A stretch of 61,151 nt of DNA, filler included, from Platydemus manokwari (Eukaryota), in NCBI GenBank assembly GCA_037951405.1. It is 5 parts of 5 records of this genome, joined end to end, with 100 filler letters (N's around TTAATTAATTAA, not from the genome) between each part and the next. Parts side by side here need not be neighbours in the genome. Positions count along the whole stretch, not along the records: positions 20,120 to 32,500 come from JBBMOY010164454.1; positions 32,601 to 41,433 come from JBBMOY011342538.1; 3 more parts are not named here. The stretch is one strand, 5' to 3'. This document shows, one piece after another, positions 26,210 through 38,683 of this stretch. The notes below the pieces were generated by a model. The model made no database searches. It was given only the letters and a program-made list of their open reading frames with translations, and was not told where the DNA came from. The position numbers and the translations under genes are program-made. The number at the start of each line of letters is the position of its first letter. The stretch's first letter is position 1.

Positions 26210-29200
26210 TCAATAAAATTTACGCTTTTTCGTGTCCGGATCTGATGGAAATGAATCAATATACAAACCTAAATCACTGGTGTCACAACATTTCGAATTA
26301 ATCAAAACATTATCCATTAATATTTCCATATCTGGTCCACAAATAGCATCTACTTTTTTCAAAGCATTTTTCCGTGCAATAGTTTTCTGTGGATCATAAT
26401 CAGGATGACCTCGACCACGTGGTTTAATTTCCAAATAATTACCAAAATCATCTCGATGTTTCTCATGGAAATTAATATGAACATTTAAATTGGATTTCTT
26501 ATTAAATCGTCGTTGACAAATATGACATTCATATGGTTTCTCACCTTTATGTATTCGTACATGTTCATTATAATAAGCACTTTTCGTGAATCGTTTACCA
26601 CAATATTCACATTGATAACGAGCATTTTTATGGATAAGCATATGCATTGAGATTTGTGTGACGATTTTACCACAGATTTGACATTCGTAACGTTCCGGTT
26701 CCAGATTCAAATGATCCACACGAATATGACGTCTCATTGCTAATTTGCTGCGAAATGTGGCTTGACATTCGGTACATTGAAATATTCGTGTACGGAAATG
26801 TTTCATTCGATGTAGTTCATAAGCTTTTAAGGATTTGCACACTTTCTGACAAATATCACACTGCATCATGCCACCATGGATTTCTTGATGAGTTTGTAAT
26901 TCATTTTCAAAGACAAATTTTTCGTGACAGAGAAAACAATTGAATGGATATTGTTGATCGATACATCCACTGCCGTTGCCACTAGAAACACCAACACCAC
27001 CTCCACTGACAACGCCGTCATGATCATTAATCACGTGATTTTTGATATCTTGTGAATTGGAAAAATCTTTATCACATAAAGTACATTTCAATTCATTCTG
27101 TTTGATCCCGTGAAATGTTTCCAAATGCAATTTCAATGCAGCTTCATTTTTGAAATATGTCTGACATTCATCACATGTGAATGTCAATTGGTTTTCTTCG
27201 TGTTTCTCCAAATGGATTCGCCACAATCGTCGATCGGCCATCCGTTCCGGACAATGAGGACATTCGTACAGACACGGATTGGAATCGGCATGAACCGATG
27301 TCGAATGAGCTACCACACCACGATAATGACCGAAAAACGTGCATTTGTCACAACTGAAAATACTCTGAATGCCAGCATTGATATATTGACCGGACTGGAT
27401 GTGATTTTCCCGCAAATGATCACTCAATTTTTCCGGTGTTTCGAAAATATCCGCACAAATCCGACACAATGTATCCAATTCCACTGTCAATCCATGTTTA
27501 ACATCCAAATGTTTGATATAATCCCGACCCGCCACTTTTACTTCAGCATTGCAAAATTTACAACTGAACTTCTTCATACCAGTGGCCATGTATGACAATT
27601 CATTCATGCGTTTCGTACGTCGTTTGTACAACGGTTCATTAGTGTCCTCGTTTTTGATTGGTGGATGAACGACACCATGCTCATTCCATTGATGGTAATA
27701 ATAATTCACTTTCGTCCCATAGAAATCATTACAAATATCACACACCAAAATCTTTCGTTTGCCCGGTCCGCTGACATTTTCATTTTTCAATAAATGATCT
27801 CTCAAATGAGAACTCACTTCATCTATCGATCCCAGACGAGTTTTGCAGACATTACACGACAAATGATTGTTCATATGTGAACAGAGAATATCCAATTTGC
27901 TATAATTCAATCCACAAATGCCACAAATAAAACATTCCGAAGTCAATGTTTCACCGGGATCGTATTTGGAATCGAGCGGCGTGCGAGCATTGAATGAAAC
28001 GCCATCACATATATCGAGATGTAATCGCAAAATATCGGTTTGAGGGAAATAATCATAGCATTTGTCGCATTGAGGACAATCGGATAACGATGTGGAAATG
28101 TTCAACAATTTCTGAGTCGTTTCCAATTCCGTTTCCGAATCCGTTTCACAATCGACGAATTCATCATGGTGCGATTTGTAGCTCTTCATATCGGCGAATA
28201 CCATTTGATGTTTGTGACATTTGAATCGAATCAGACCAACATGACGAATTTCATGATCGTAAACATTAGCCGACGCTTTGAATTCTCGCCCACAGAACAC
28301 ACAACAATCTTCACGACATTCGCTGATGGCGATTCGATGATGATACAATCGCCAAATGGAATCGAACAAGCTGATTTGCAAAGGCAATTCGAAGATTTTG
28401 TCGGCGATTTCATTGAGAAAATCATCGATTTGTTCGTGACGTTTACAATATGGAATCGTTTCGAACAGTGACGCCGATACGTACGTGTTCTCGCCGGTTT
28501 CTGTGTTGCAGAATTGGACGGTTGTCGACATGCCATTGGGTGCCAGATAGAGTGTTTGGATGGAATTGGTTTTGTCGAGATGGGGATTGAATTTGGCACA
28601 AGAATCCGAGATGATTTCATAGCATTTCGTGATGTATTTCTGAGGCGTTATTTCGAATCCCACCAGAATACCATTCAATGAGCCCAACATAACGTTTTGT
28701 TTGGTGGGTTTGAGATTTTGAACATTGGCCTGTGGCAGAATGGATAATTGTTGTTCGGTGAGAATCCGTTCGTGGATCTGAATGTCGAGCGTGACGTCCG
28801 TATCGAAAAATACGCCAAGCGGAGCACGAGTCTGTTTGTCGAGCAGGACGAACTTTTTGAATTTACAATTGGGCAAATGAATTTCTTTGTGCAACGTTTT
28901 CAAGAGCGATTTGTAGAATTGATCGGGAATGATGAGCGATGATTTTTCTTCTCCGAGAACTTCGCTGAACGTCGAATACATACCCTCCAACATGATTGGT
29001 GTTTTCGATGACAAGCCGTGCTTTTTGAATGCAAACATATATTCACTGACGACATTGAAAACAACGAATTTCGAATCGATTTTTGTGATGAGATGGAGCG
29101 ATTCTTTCTTGCCTCCCATACGAACGAAAAACGCATCGACGAAATCGATTTTCTGGCATGTTTTCAATTCATTCGATTCACCATTCGATATGACGGCATT

Positions 29201-30358
29201 AACGGATTCGCAACCCAAATGGTGCTGTTGGGATGTCGTTGAGGTGGACATTGTTGTCGTTTCCGATGTGTTGTATTTGATTCGTGTTCGATTATATGGT
29301 ACACCAGCTCGATTCCAACAATCCAACACAAACAAACCCACCAGACATTTGTTCTCATTGATGCCTAATACGAGCCGTTGGAGATTTTTACTGGATTCTG
29401 ATAGCAATTTATCACAGACATACGAATAAAACGAATCCGTCACCACAATCGTATCGACATCGGGTATATTTTTACGTGATTCCGATTTTTCCACTTCGAC
29501 AATGAACGCCGATTCGGAAATGATTTTCGAATCGATTTTGTGAAGAATGTCGTTGAATTTGGGATAAAATTGAAGCCCATTGATGGGATGATTGACAATG
29601 AGAACGAAATGACTGATTCGATGGGCACCATTCTCGAATCGTTCCGACATTATTTCTTTCATCAAACCCACAATTGTGCCGTTGTCGTTGATTTTCGACA
29701 TCAGATTCTGCAACGATGCTGTTGGACCTTCGAAATTGAGATTGCGAAACGGTTTACATAAATCCGAAATCGTCTGATCGAGCGATTTGTTGACATAAGT
29801 ACATTTGAGATATTTGGAATACAGATCGAGATCTTCGCGAGTATTTAGAAATGTGGCCAGATACGAATAAATATTAGAACCCCAACTGGAATGTTGGACC
29901 GGTTCGACTTTCATTACTTTGAACGATTTCATTTTCGCTTGTTGATTGAGCCATTTTTTGTCTTTCACTTGACGACTGGAAACGATGCTGCTCTGTTGAT
30001 CGAAATCGTAAACATCCTTATCGTTTTCATCGTCTTGGAATAATTCGTCATCGTCTTCCGGTTTACCAGCTAAATCAGCGGGTTTGGATAGCTTTTTGAA
30101 CATTGTTGCAAGATAATCTTCATCTTCGTCATCGATCGACCAATCGTCCTCTTCATCATCGGAACTTTCAGTTTTTTTCTTTGATTTGGAATCTTTTTTG
30201 GAGGAAGTGTTGTTAACAGTTTCATTGGTTCTTTGTTTAGCTTGACGTAACGATTGCCGTCTAGGAGTTGCTACTGTTTCCGGTCGACGAGGACGACGGC
30301 CCCTACCCGGTTTTGAAGCACTGCTTGAAGCAATAACATCTTCATTATTAATTTTACT
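26210..30358 (-). CDS. Large multi-C2H2 zinc-finger protein; terminal 4.15-kb exon, upstream exon(s) not resolved
   Basis: 1297-aa ORF with many CxxC...HxxxH fingers and an HKGEKPYEC linker. The frame stays open upstream of ATG 30103 to a TTTTAG acceptor at 30359, through a basic GRGRRPRR segment and an acidic segment. TAA stop. Confidence 0.92.
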   Translation of the reverse strand, partial: SKINNEDVIASSSASKPGRGRRPRRPETVATPRRQSLRQAKQRTNETVNNTSSKKDSKSKKKTESSDDEEDDWSIDDEDEDYLATMFKKLSKPADLAGKPEDDDELFQDDENDKDVYDFDQQSSIVSSRQVKDKKWLNQQAKMKSFKVMKVEPVQHSSWGSNIYSYLATFLNTREDLDLYSKYLKCTYVNKSLDQTISDLCKPFRNLNFEGPTASLQNLMSKINDNGTIVGLMKEIMSERFENGAHRISHFVLIVNHPINGLQFYPKFNDILHKIDSKIISESAFIVEVEKSESRKNIPDVDTIVVTDSFYSYVCDKLLSESSKNLQRLVLGINENKCLVGLFVLDCWNRAGVPYNRTRIKYNTSETTTMSTSTTSQQHHLGCESVNAVISNGESNELKTCQKIDFVDAFFVRMGGKKESLHLITKIDSKFVVFNVVSEYMFAFKKHGLSSKTPIMLEGMYSTFSEVLGEEKSSLIIPDQFYKSLLKTLHKEIHLPNCKFKKFVLLDKQTRAPLGVFFDTDVTLDIQIHERILTEQQLSILPQANVQNLKPTKQNVMLGSLNGILVGFEITPQKYITKCYEIISDSCAKFNPHLDKTNSIQTLYLAPNGMSTTVQFCNTETGENTYVSASLFETIPYCKRHEQIDDFLNEIADKIFELPLQISLFDSIWRLYHHRIAISECREDCCVFCGREFKASANVYDHEIRHVGLIRFKCHKHQMVFADMKSYKSHHDEFVDCETDSETELETTQKLLNISTSLSDCPQCDKCYDYFPQTDILRLHLDICDGVSFNARTPLDSKYDPGETLTSECFICGICGLNYSKLDILCSHMNNHLSCNVCKTRLGSIDEVSSHLRDHLLKNENVSGPGKRKILVCDICNDFYGTKVNYYYHQWNEHGVVHPPIKNEDTNEPLYKRRTKRMNELSYMATGMKKFSCKFCNAEVKVAGRDYIKHLDVKHGLTVELDTLCRICADIFETPEKLSDHLRENHIQSGQYINAGIQSIFSCDKCTFFGHYRGVVAHSTSVHADSNPCLYECPHCPERMADRRLWRIHLEKHEENQLTFTCDECQTYFKNEAALKLHLETFHGIKQNELKCTLCDKDFSNSQDIKNHVINDHDGVVSGGGVGVSSGNGSGCIDQQYPFNCFLCHEKFVFENELQTHQEIHGGMMQCDICQKVCKSLKAYELHRMKHFRTRIFQCTECQATFRSKLAMRRHIRVDHLNLEPERYECQICGKIVTQISMHMLIHKNARYQCEYCGKRFTKSAYYNEHVRIHKGEKPYECHICQRRFNKKSNLNVHINFHEKHRDDFGNYLEIKPRGRGHPDYDPQKTIARKNALKKVDAICGPDMEILMDNVLINSKCCDTSDLGLYIDSFPSDPDTKKRKFY

Positions 30359-31149
30359 CTAAAATTAAAATGAAATTTATTATTATATTGGATAATTATT
30401 AAATTAATTATCATAAATAATTTTTTAAATTAGTAAGTAATATAACAAACATCTAAATTAATATTTTCAATCGAGGCCATATTAAAATAAATTATAAATA
30501 AAGGTTTATATTAAAACAATCTTATTGTTAAATTATAAGTAGTATGAAAGCGGATTTTTAATATTTTCATTTTTAGACAGTTTATAGAATACAATTTTTA
30601 ATTCTCTACAAAAATATTAATGAAATAATCAATATGCTGTACTTATAAGTTGATTTCAATGGATTTTTAAATGTGATTACTGATTTGCATCTTTAAGGGA
30701 AGTTGAAAACTACTTTATAGGGATTTAGGAAGCTAATCAGGTTACTTTAAAAGAGCTTGGTTAATCACAAGAAAAAATTTATTATAATTAATGACTTAGT
30801 AATAAAATTACTCCATTTAAAATAAAATTAAGTTGCAGTAATCTTGAGTTAAATATTCCATACTTAATAAAGCTTTTGCGTTGGTTCAGGAAATTGTTTT
30901 AAATCTAGTTAATTACCACTACCTTGACTCTTTGGGATCTCTTAGTTTTAATTTCAATATATTAAAAAATATGAAAAATGTTTTATTGTTGGGTTTTTAT
31001 AGAAATATATAAATGCTCAATAAGCTAACTGAGTAAATATAATGGATACCATTCTATATCCTATTTACAAACTCAAATAATAAAAACAATTAATTTTAAT
31101 AATTTTATTTAATTTTAATGAAATAATTATTAAAATCACCAGATAAAAG

Positions 31150-31700
31150 TCAAATATTGAAGTTAAATCCGTCAGTGTTTGTGGTAATCTCATAATGCTT
31201 TTAATCTGATAGTTCAGCCAAATCTTAAACCGTATAGTTAATTAAATTTCATTCAAATTTTACTAGTCAAGTAAATTACACACTGAGTGTAATCAATCAA
31301 ACAAACTGGGATAAAGATTTTACTCAAACTCTTTTAATACCGGATGGACGAGATTGACTGCACCGATAACATAAATTCCCAAAAAAATGCTCTTTTTATT
31401 AAAAAAATTTAAAGGTATTATGCTTTTCCAAATTACTCTAGAAATTTAAACAAACGTTTGACTCCATAAATTTCCCTTCAGGAAATTCTCCTGGATAGTT
31501 TTCTTTACCACATATTGATTAATCTGACTTCTTCGATTGAATCATTTATTGTCTTAGATTTTCTTAGTGTTTGTCTTTTCCCATATCTCTTTTTAGTTTC
31601 TTGTATATCTGTTAAAGATATGATATTATTTGATATCAGAAGGTTTTTTGATATCTTTAACCTATCTGACTCCAACAGATAAAGGTCGTTGCTGCAATTT
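31150..31700 (-). mobile_element. Probable LTR-retrotransposon gag/protease remnant
   Basis: Degenerate knuckle-like CGKENYPGEFP after a basic segment; many stops. Confidence 0.3.
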
Positions 31701-32600
31701 AATCCTCGGATATTATCAAATCATATTTAAAATATAAATACTAAATATGAAATAAATTGATACAAAAAATAAAATATATTTGATTAATTACAATTATTTA
31801 GAAATAGTATTCTCAAGATAAAAGTAAAGAGCGTGTTGCATAGGTGTTCGAACAAGCCTCTCTTAAAAATGAAATTGGAGAACCAGATATGACGGTCTTA
31901 TTGAATTTATAAAGACCACAAGACTAGTCATGGTCTTGGGTCTGCAGATAATTATTATTACAAAAATAAAAAGTTTACTCTTTGCTTAAATATTGAAAAT
32001 CAAGTGGAGTATATGGAACGCTTCTCGTAATGATAATAAAAATAACTTAATCACTTCTTGTAAATCAAAATCAAATATCTAACACTGGAAATTGTGAATC
32101 AAATAAAATTTCCATTCAGGAATTTTTGTAAATCAAAATATACGTATTGTCGCTCGATTATATACTATTTGCATGTTGGTGTTTTTTATACATCATGTTG
32201 ATTTTTTTAATAATATTTTATGCTTAGTTGGGTGTGTTACTATTTTTGGTGCATGTTATACATGAGTTCCTATTTATAGTTTAAGTGGTTACTTTTAGTA
32301 ACTTTTGTTGTTATTCTATTTTGGATGTGATGCGACTTCTATTTGTTGATTTTTAGTGAATTTATGATATAACCTTGAGGTTGATTAAATAATTTTAATG
32401 TTGGTGTGATAAAACAAATTTAAAAATTTTTATCGATATTTTTCCTGAAAAATTCAATTTTATTTAAAAAAATTTTGTACTTATTGTTTATAATTATTTA
32501 NNNNNNNNNNNNNNNNNNNNNNNNNNNNNNNNNNNNNNNNNNNNTTAATTAATTAANNNNNNNNNNNNNNNNNNNNNNNNNNNNNNNNNNNNNNNNNNNN

Positions 32601-32670
<70 letters not shown>
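32601..32670. repeat. (TAT)n microsatellite next to a gap
   Basis: About 23 perfect TAT units. Confidence 0.97.
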
Positions 32671-33886
32671 TTATCACAGCTATATCCATAAACATATTTT
32701 TTTATTTTTGACATTGAAAATGCTTATCTTTTCCAGATAAGATTCGCTATTATCATAATAAACCCAAGCTTACTTTAATTTAGACTTATTAACAATAGCT
32801 TTCCAATTGCAAATAATGACGAACTAAGAAAGATTCAACAAGATGTTGTCATTGGTTCCATTCGAAAAAGGTTACGGAAAACGAAGACAAGAGGCAATTC
32901 AGCTGTCAAGGAAAGCACATATTTTAAAAGTTGAAGACAAAAATGACTTCAAATTTTACAGACGTCAGTCGACTTGAACGTTAGTTGACTTGTCATGTGT
33001 TGACTCAACTTTTTTCTTTTCAGTGTTTTATCATTTTTGACATACCATAAGAGTATCTCGATTTTCATTGCTCGTTTTTCGTATTTCTTAATCGACAATT
33101 GATAATCTGAGTAGTTTTTTGTGCACCGATTCAAGACAACCCATACAATTCAATAATTTTATTTATTACACAACTTTTGTATAGAGTGATTGAAAAACCT
33201 CTTAAAATAAAAGGATTTTTCATATTAATGAAAGAGAGCAACAAAGACAATTTCAGTAAATTTATTGAAATTGATCTCATGGAATGCGTGGATTCCTACA
33301 TTGTTAGCTTCAGAAAAAGACTTTTAATACATTAAAGTATTCTATTTGTGTTTCTTGTCATTCAATTTTTAATAAAATTTTAAAAATTAAATTCTTAATT
33401 AACATTCCGATCTGCTTGAACACAAGTATTCTGTTTCTTGAGGAACATAAGCTGATCAGGAATAATTCAAGTCAAATCTCAAATGTTTTAAATCCAAATT
33501 TTCCCAACTCAATTTCTAACAGTTCTTAAACTTTTTACAAATTTTACATTTAATTACAAATCATCTTTCGTAATGAAATTTTACTTGCATTGAATTTAAA
33601 ACTAATTTTAAATTAAATAATTTTTAACAACATCGATAACAGATGATTATTTCGTCATTGTTAATTCAACAATAATATTGTCCAATGATAACATGGATAA
33701 TTACAGTTTCAAAAAAATCATATCCTATGGCTATGAAAATATTAATAACGAAACAAGATATAATAATCGAGTATGTGTGCCGATAATTTGAGTTCCAAAA
33801 ATCAAATCAATATGATAACCATTAATATGATAATAATAACGTGTTACATAGCAAAGCTCTATATAGATAAATTACCCGATTTACTT

Positions 33887-34862
33887 TCAAAAGTTCAGAA
33901 AATAGCCAGCAGCATTGTTGTAGAGCAGACATTGATTATCCTTTTTAAATGTGAAGGAAACACAATTCCATGTTTGTACACAATTTATCTCACAATCAAT
34001 TATCGATTTTGTAACGAAACTACTAATAAATTTCACACCTTCATATATAGCACTTGGTCCAAAAAAGTGATCTACAATCCATTTTACTTGATAATTTTTA
34101 TGAATTTATAAAATATCTCACAGATCATTGGATTCGTTTTGACAAAATCGTAGCCGAACACCTCCAATTCACAAATATTCAATTCATCCGCGAGTTTTGG
34201 TTTCGTAACAACAATCGTTCTTGATACCTAAATGCATCACATATTTATAAAATAATTGTTTAGTCAATACAAGTCTTGTTGTGTTGATATTGGTGACTAT
34301 TTCGCCAGGTGGTGGCGGACCTCCATAATATGTCGCATTATAGAATTTATATGAGGATTTGTCGAATCTTGTTAAATTGTCGAAACTTCCGTAAAATGTT
34401 AAAAATGCAGTTCATTTGGCTAAAGATAAAATACGATTTAATTATATTTAATGACAAAAAATTAGGGAATCAAACTGAATTCTAATGGATACCATCCATC
34501 AGTCCTACTATAAATTCGTATTTGTTTGATAATTGACAGTCGGTCAAATAAAATCATCAACCATTTATCAATATTTCCCGATCCACTATGGTAACAATAT
34601 CCTGCACAATAACATAACATTATTTAATAAATTAAAGCATTAATCTTTACCTTTGAACATGTTTCCATCATATTTTCCGTCAACTGATTTGTCTTTCGTC
34701 CAAGGAAAAGAGCGGTGTCTATTTGCTGCAAAAGTAGGTCGGTGTCTTGAAAGAAGATCTGAATAAATTAAATGATAAATTGTATCAAAGTAGAGAACAA
34801 CAATTGTCACTCAATTGACCCACGACGCATGATATCAAGTAACATAAACTCGTGATGTACAT
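33887..34862 (-). CDS. Secreted F-type lectin (fucolectin-like) + PAN/Apple domain protein. Exons 34862-34811, 34758-34651, 34601-34476, 34419-34271, 34227-34122, 34071-33887; one in-frame TGA at 34412-34414
   Basis: Signal peptide MYITSLCYLISCVVG; NLLSRHRPT, SVDG, CYHS, KWLMI, IYSRTD, LNICELEVFG (FTL fold); SIIDCEINCVQTWNCVSFTF...CLLY (PAN); 43-56-nt GT-AG introns. Confidence 0.8.
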
Positions 34863-36765
34863 CTAGAAATGAAAATCTCAAAAGTTGTTCTGACTAATAT
34901 AGGATATTAACATTGGAAAAAACCATCACATAAAAATATATAACCAATGATATTTTGAAATAACAATGCAGAAAAATATCAAAAAATCACATTCTAATGA
35001 AAATCTAGTTGCTTGGAAACTCAAAAAAAGTTGTCGTCATGTAGACAGTTATTGTTTCTAAAATATGGTTATAACTACAAAAAATTAGCCTTACAAATAA
35101 ACGATGATGTACATGTTAATTAGAATAATAGGTATTAATTGCCATGGATATGATGAAGTTTGAAAAGTAAACTTCAATTTCATTAAATAAAAATGGTTTA
35201 AAATTAAAGGTTTAAGTGACTTGTATTTAATGTTTTCAATAGAAAATTTTAGATTTTTTTTTCAGTAATCTAAAGTATTTTTAATTCAAATTTATACAGA
35301 AATATTATTTATAAATAGCTTATTATTTAATTAAATTAGTAGTTCTGCGGAGAAAATTGACTTACTTCTATGTTAAAAAGTTTAATATTTGATATAAAGG
35401 ATTGAATAAATTATCTGCAATTTTGAACTGAATATATATGAAAACAATTCACTGACATTGTTGCAGATTCAGTATAAAAATAGTGTATTGGTTTAAAATG
35501 ATAAATTGGTTATTGCCATAAACTTTGAAATAATTTGACTTGGATTTAAATTNNNNNNNNNNNNNNNNNNNNNNNNNNNNNNNNNNNNNNNNNNNNNNNN
35601 NNNNNNNNNNNNNNNNNNNNNNNNNNNNNNNNNNNNNNNNNNNNNNNNNNNNNNNNNNNNNNNNNNNNNNNNNNNNNNNNNNNNNNNNNNNNNNNNNNNN
35701 NNNNNNNNNNNNNNNNNNNNNNNNNNATATTAATAATAATAATGATAAAAATAAATAGTATTTCAAAAAATTATATTTTCATTGATAATGATAATTTTAG
35801 CACTTATTATTTGCTTAAATAATGTTTCCGAAAATTAAGCTGAAAATCAAACAAAAACTGGTTAAAAACACTGTTTTAAGGCACATACCATATTTCATCT
35901 ATTCTACTGTATTAGTTTTTACAACTTGAAAAGTTTGGTTAATTTAATTTTAGTTATAAAACATGGATAACTTATGGGGAATGAGAATGCCTTTTATTTC
36001 TCTGATACTGTTATGACTGCGATATTCAAGTATCCATGGAAATATACATTCATTGTAATAAATTTCTTATGTTGATATTAATGTTATTTTTATATATCAT
36101 GGTTTAATGAAACAAAATTTGATAGCTCTAGAATATTCAACGCAAGGTTTGATTGTCCAAATTAATTTCAATATTTACCAATAAAATTAAAACGATTGCT
36201 ACTTCGTGAATAATTGACTGTGATCGAAAAATACAGTATTGATTTCTGATAGACTCTTTTAATAAGTTAATTTGTTATGTGTTGACTCCTCTTTTAGTTT
36301 TTCCGTGTTTTATTATTGTTTTTCATTGTTCCTTTTTCGTATTTCTAAATTAATAATTAATAATCTGAGATATTTTATCTGCATCGACTCGTGACATAAA
36401 CCATACGATGCAAATAAATTTATTTATTTCACCACTTTTGACTTGATTGATCGAAAAACCTCTCACAATAAAAAGATTCTTATGGAAAGAAATGCAATTG
36501 CAAGCATATTAAATAATCGAATCTTGATGACCAAAAAAATTTTCAATTTTTTATCAATATCAAAAGATTCATTCAATTATTAAATCAATATTTTTCAAAA
36601 TATCAAGTTGATTTAGATAAACAATTGATAAAATTATATTTTAATCAGAATAAATCTAATTAAATTTACATTCATTAATAAAAATTGTGGCTTAAGTTAA
36701 GAAAAACAATTTTTTGACCTACTTTCGTTATTATGAATTTATGCGCAGGAGATAATTTTATTACC

Positions 36766-36769
<4 letters not shown>

Positions 36770-36805
<36 letters not shown>
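36770..36805. repeat. (TA)n microsatellite
   Basis: Perfect TA run. Confidence 0.95.
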
Positions 36806-36806
<1 letters not shown>

Positions 36807-36899
36807 CTGCTATGTTTGATTTATTTGTATAATTCAGTTAAAAATAACTCTTCTATGTGATTATTGAAGTTTTAAAATTGAAATTAAAGGAAAAGAATA

Positions 36900-38220
36900 A
36901 AAACACGATTGATAACAAAAATACGATCAATAATAATAATACAATTAATGAAGCTTCGTCCTCATCAATATTGAATGATATTTACAAAACACATTAAATT
37001 ATTAAAAATTCCAATCCAACAAAATACATAATTTCTCATGTTTCAGAAGATAATGATTTCATGAGGATTAAGTGAATTGGATGGAAAATGTTTGCATTAG
37101 GAAATATAACTGTAAATTTTTCAAAGATAAATGTTTTAAAATGAAAGTAATTATTTACCTATTCCATTTGTCTCTAATAACATAATAAATTTGAAAATTA
37201 TGATAACAAATGTTTCTTGTATTCAGCATTAGCCATTTTATATCTAATAGAAGGACAAAGACGTCCAAATAGAGGAAGTCATTATTTTGATAAATAAAAT
37301 CTTGAGGAAATATCATTTCCAACTCCTTTAAATGAAATTAAAAAAATTTAAGGTGAGCAATAATTTTAAAATAAATGTTTTTGGAATTAAAGGAAATGGA
37401 AATGGAAGAAAGAATTACAAATTATTTCCAATCTATATTTCAAAAAAAGAACAATATCTTCAAGATATTAAACTTTTATATTTAGAAAATAATGGAGTAA
37501 CGCTCTATGCTCTCGACTAATGAATGGAGAGCTAAATAATAAATCTAGACCAAACCAAAGATTAAATTTTTCTGATAATGTTGTTATTATTTTGTAACAG
37601 AAAATAACTTTGAAAATCATCAGAAATATGTGGAAAAAATTGAGAGGATAATAATAAACGAAGTTCGGCCTATGGCAACATCTTAAAATTTATTAATTAT
37701 AACCATCAAATACCAGTTCCTTTTATAATTGTTGCTGATATAGATATTGAAATTGATATGAAAGAACAAGACATAATAAACTATAATAATTCAACCAATT
37801 GTACTTATTGTAATAAAATCTTTTCTGGTGATAAAGTAAGAGATCATGATTATTATTTAAAATAAAATAACTACAGCAAGATAAATAACTAAAATAAATA
37901 AAGCAAGAAAACAAAATAAAAAACCGACTTTGAAAAGATCCACAAAAATCAGTGATGATTTATTTAGGATTTTCTATTTTAGAGTTAAGCAAATTATCAA
38001 TGTACGAATTTTACTATAATATTTTAAAACCTAAATATAAAGAAAATATTGAAGTATTATATATGGATACAGATTCATACGTATTAAATATTAAAACAGA
38101 GTATTATAAAGATTTTAAGAAAGATGTGGAATTCAAGAATACACAAAATTTAAAATCATATTTATATAACAATTGGAAATTGATGTATAAACTTTATTTT
38201 CTATACGTATGGGATATTTG
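36900..38220 (+). mobile_element. Second, internally deleted Polinton-type DNA polB remnant
   Basis: DNKCFLYSALA, ISFPTPLNEIKKF...INVFG, DKVRDHD, YLGFSILELSKLSMYEFYYNILKPKY...LYMDTDSY. Confidence 0.85.
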
Positions 38221-38683
38221 ATACATTCAGCATATAAATAAATCGAATATAAATAACTAAATAAATTATAAAATTTAATATCATTTCCGTTTATTATTAA
38301 TTTAAAACCAACGTGTGACAATTAAAAATGAAAATATAAAATAAAATTTTACTTTAAACTTTACATTTAGTCTCATAAAATTATAAAATTTGACTATAAA
38401 TTCATCATTTGCAAAGTTAGTCAGAAAACCTTCTTATCGTACTTTAGCAGAACTATAGAGAGAATAATTAAATTTTAATTTAATTAATAATTTAATTAAT
38501 TATACATGCGCTATTTGCCTTTTAAAGTTTTATTTTTATTTATTTTAAAATCAAATACTTCGAAATTTTTACTTAAAAAAACTGAAAATAAATGAAGATA
38601 TTTGAAAAAAAACAAATTTTATTATCGATAATTAGAGTTGGTCAAAATTTTTAAATTTTTGAAAAAGCCTTTGGTAATGGCAA

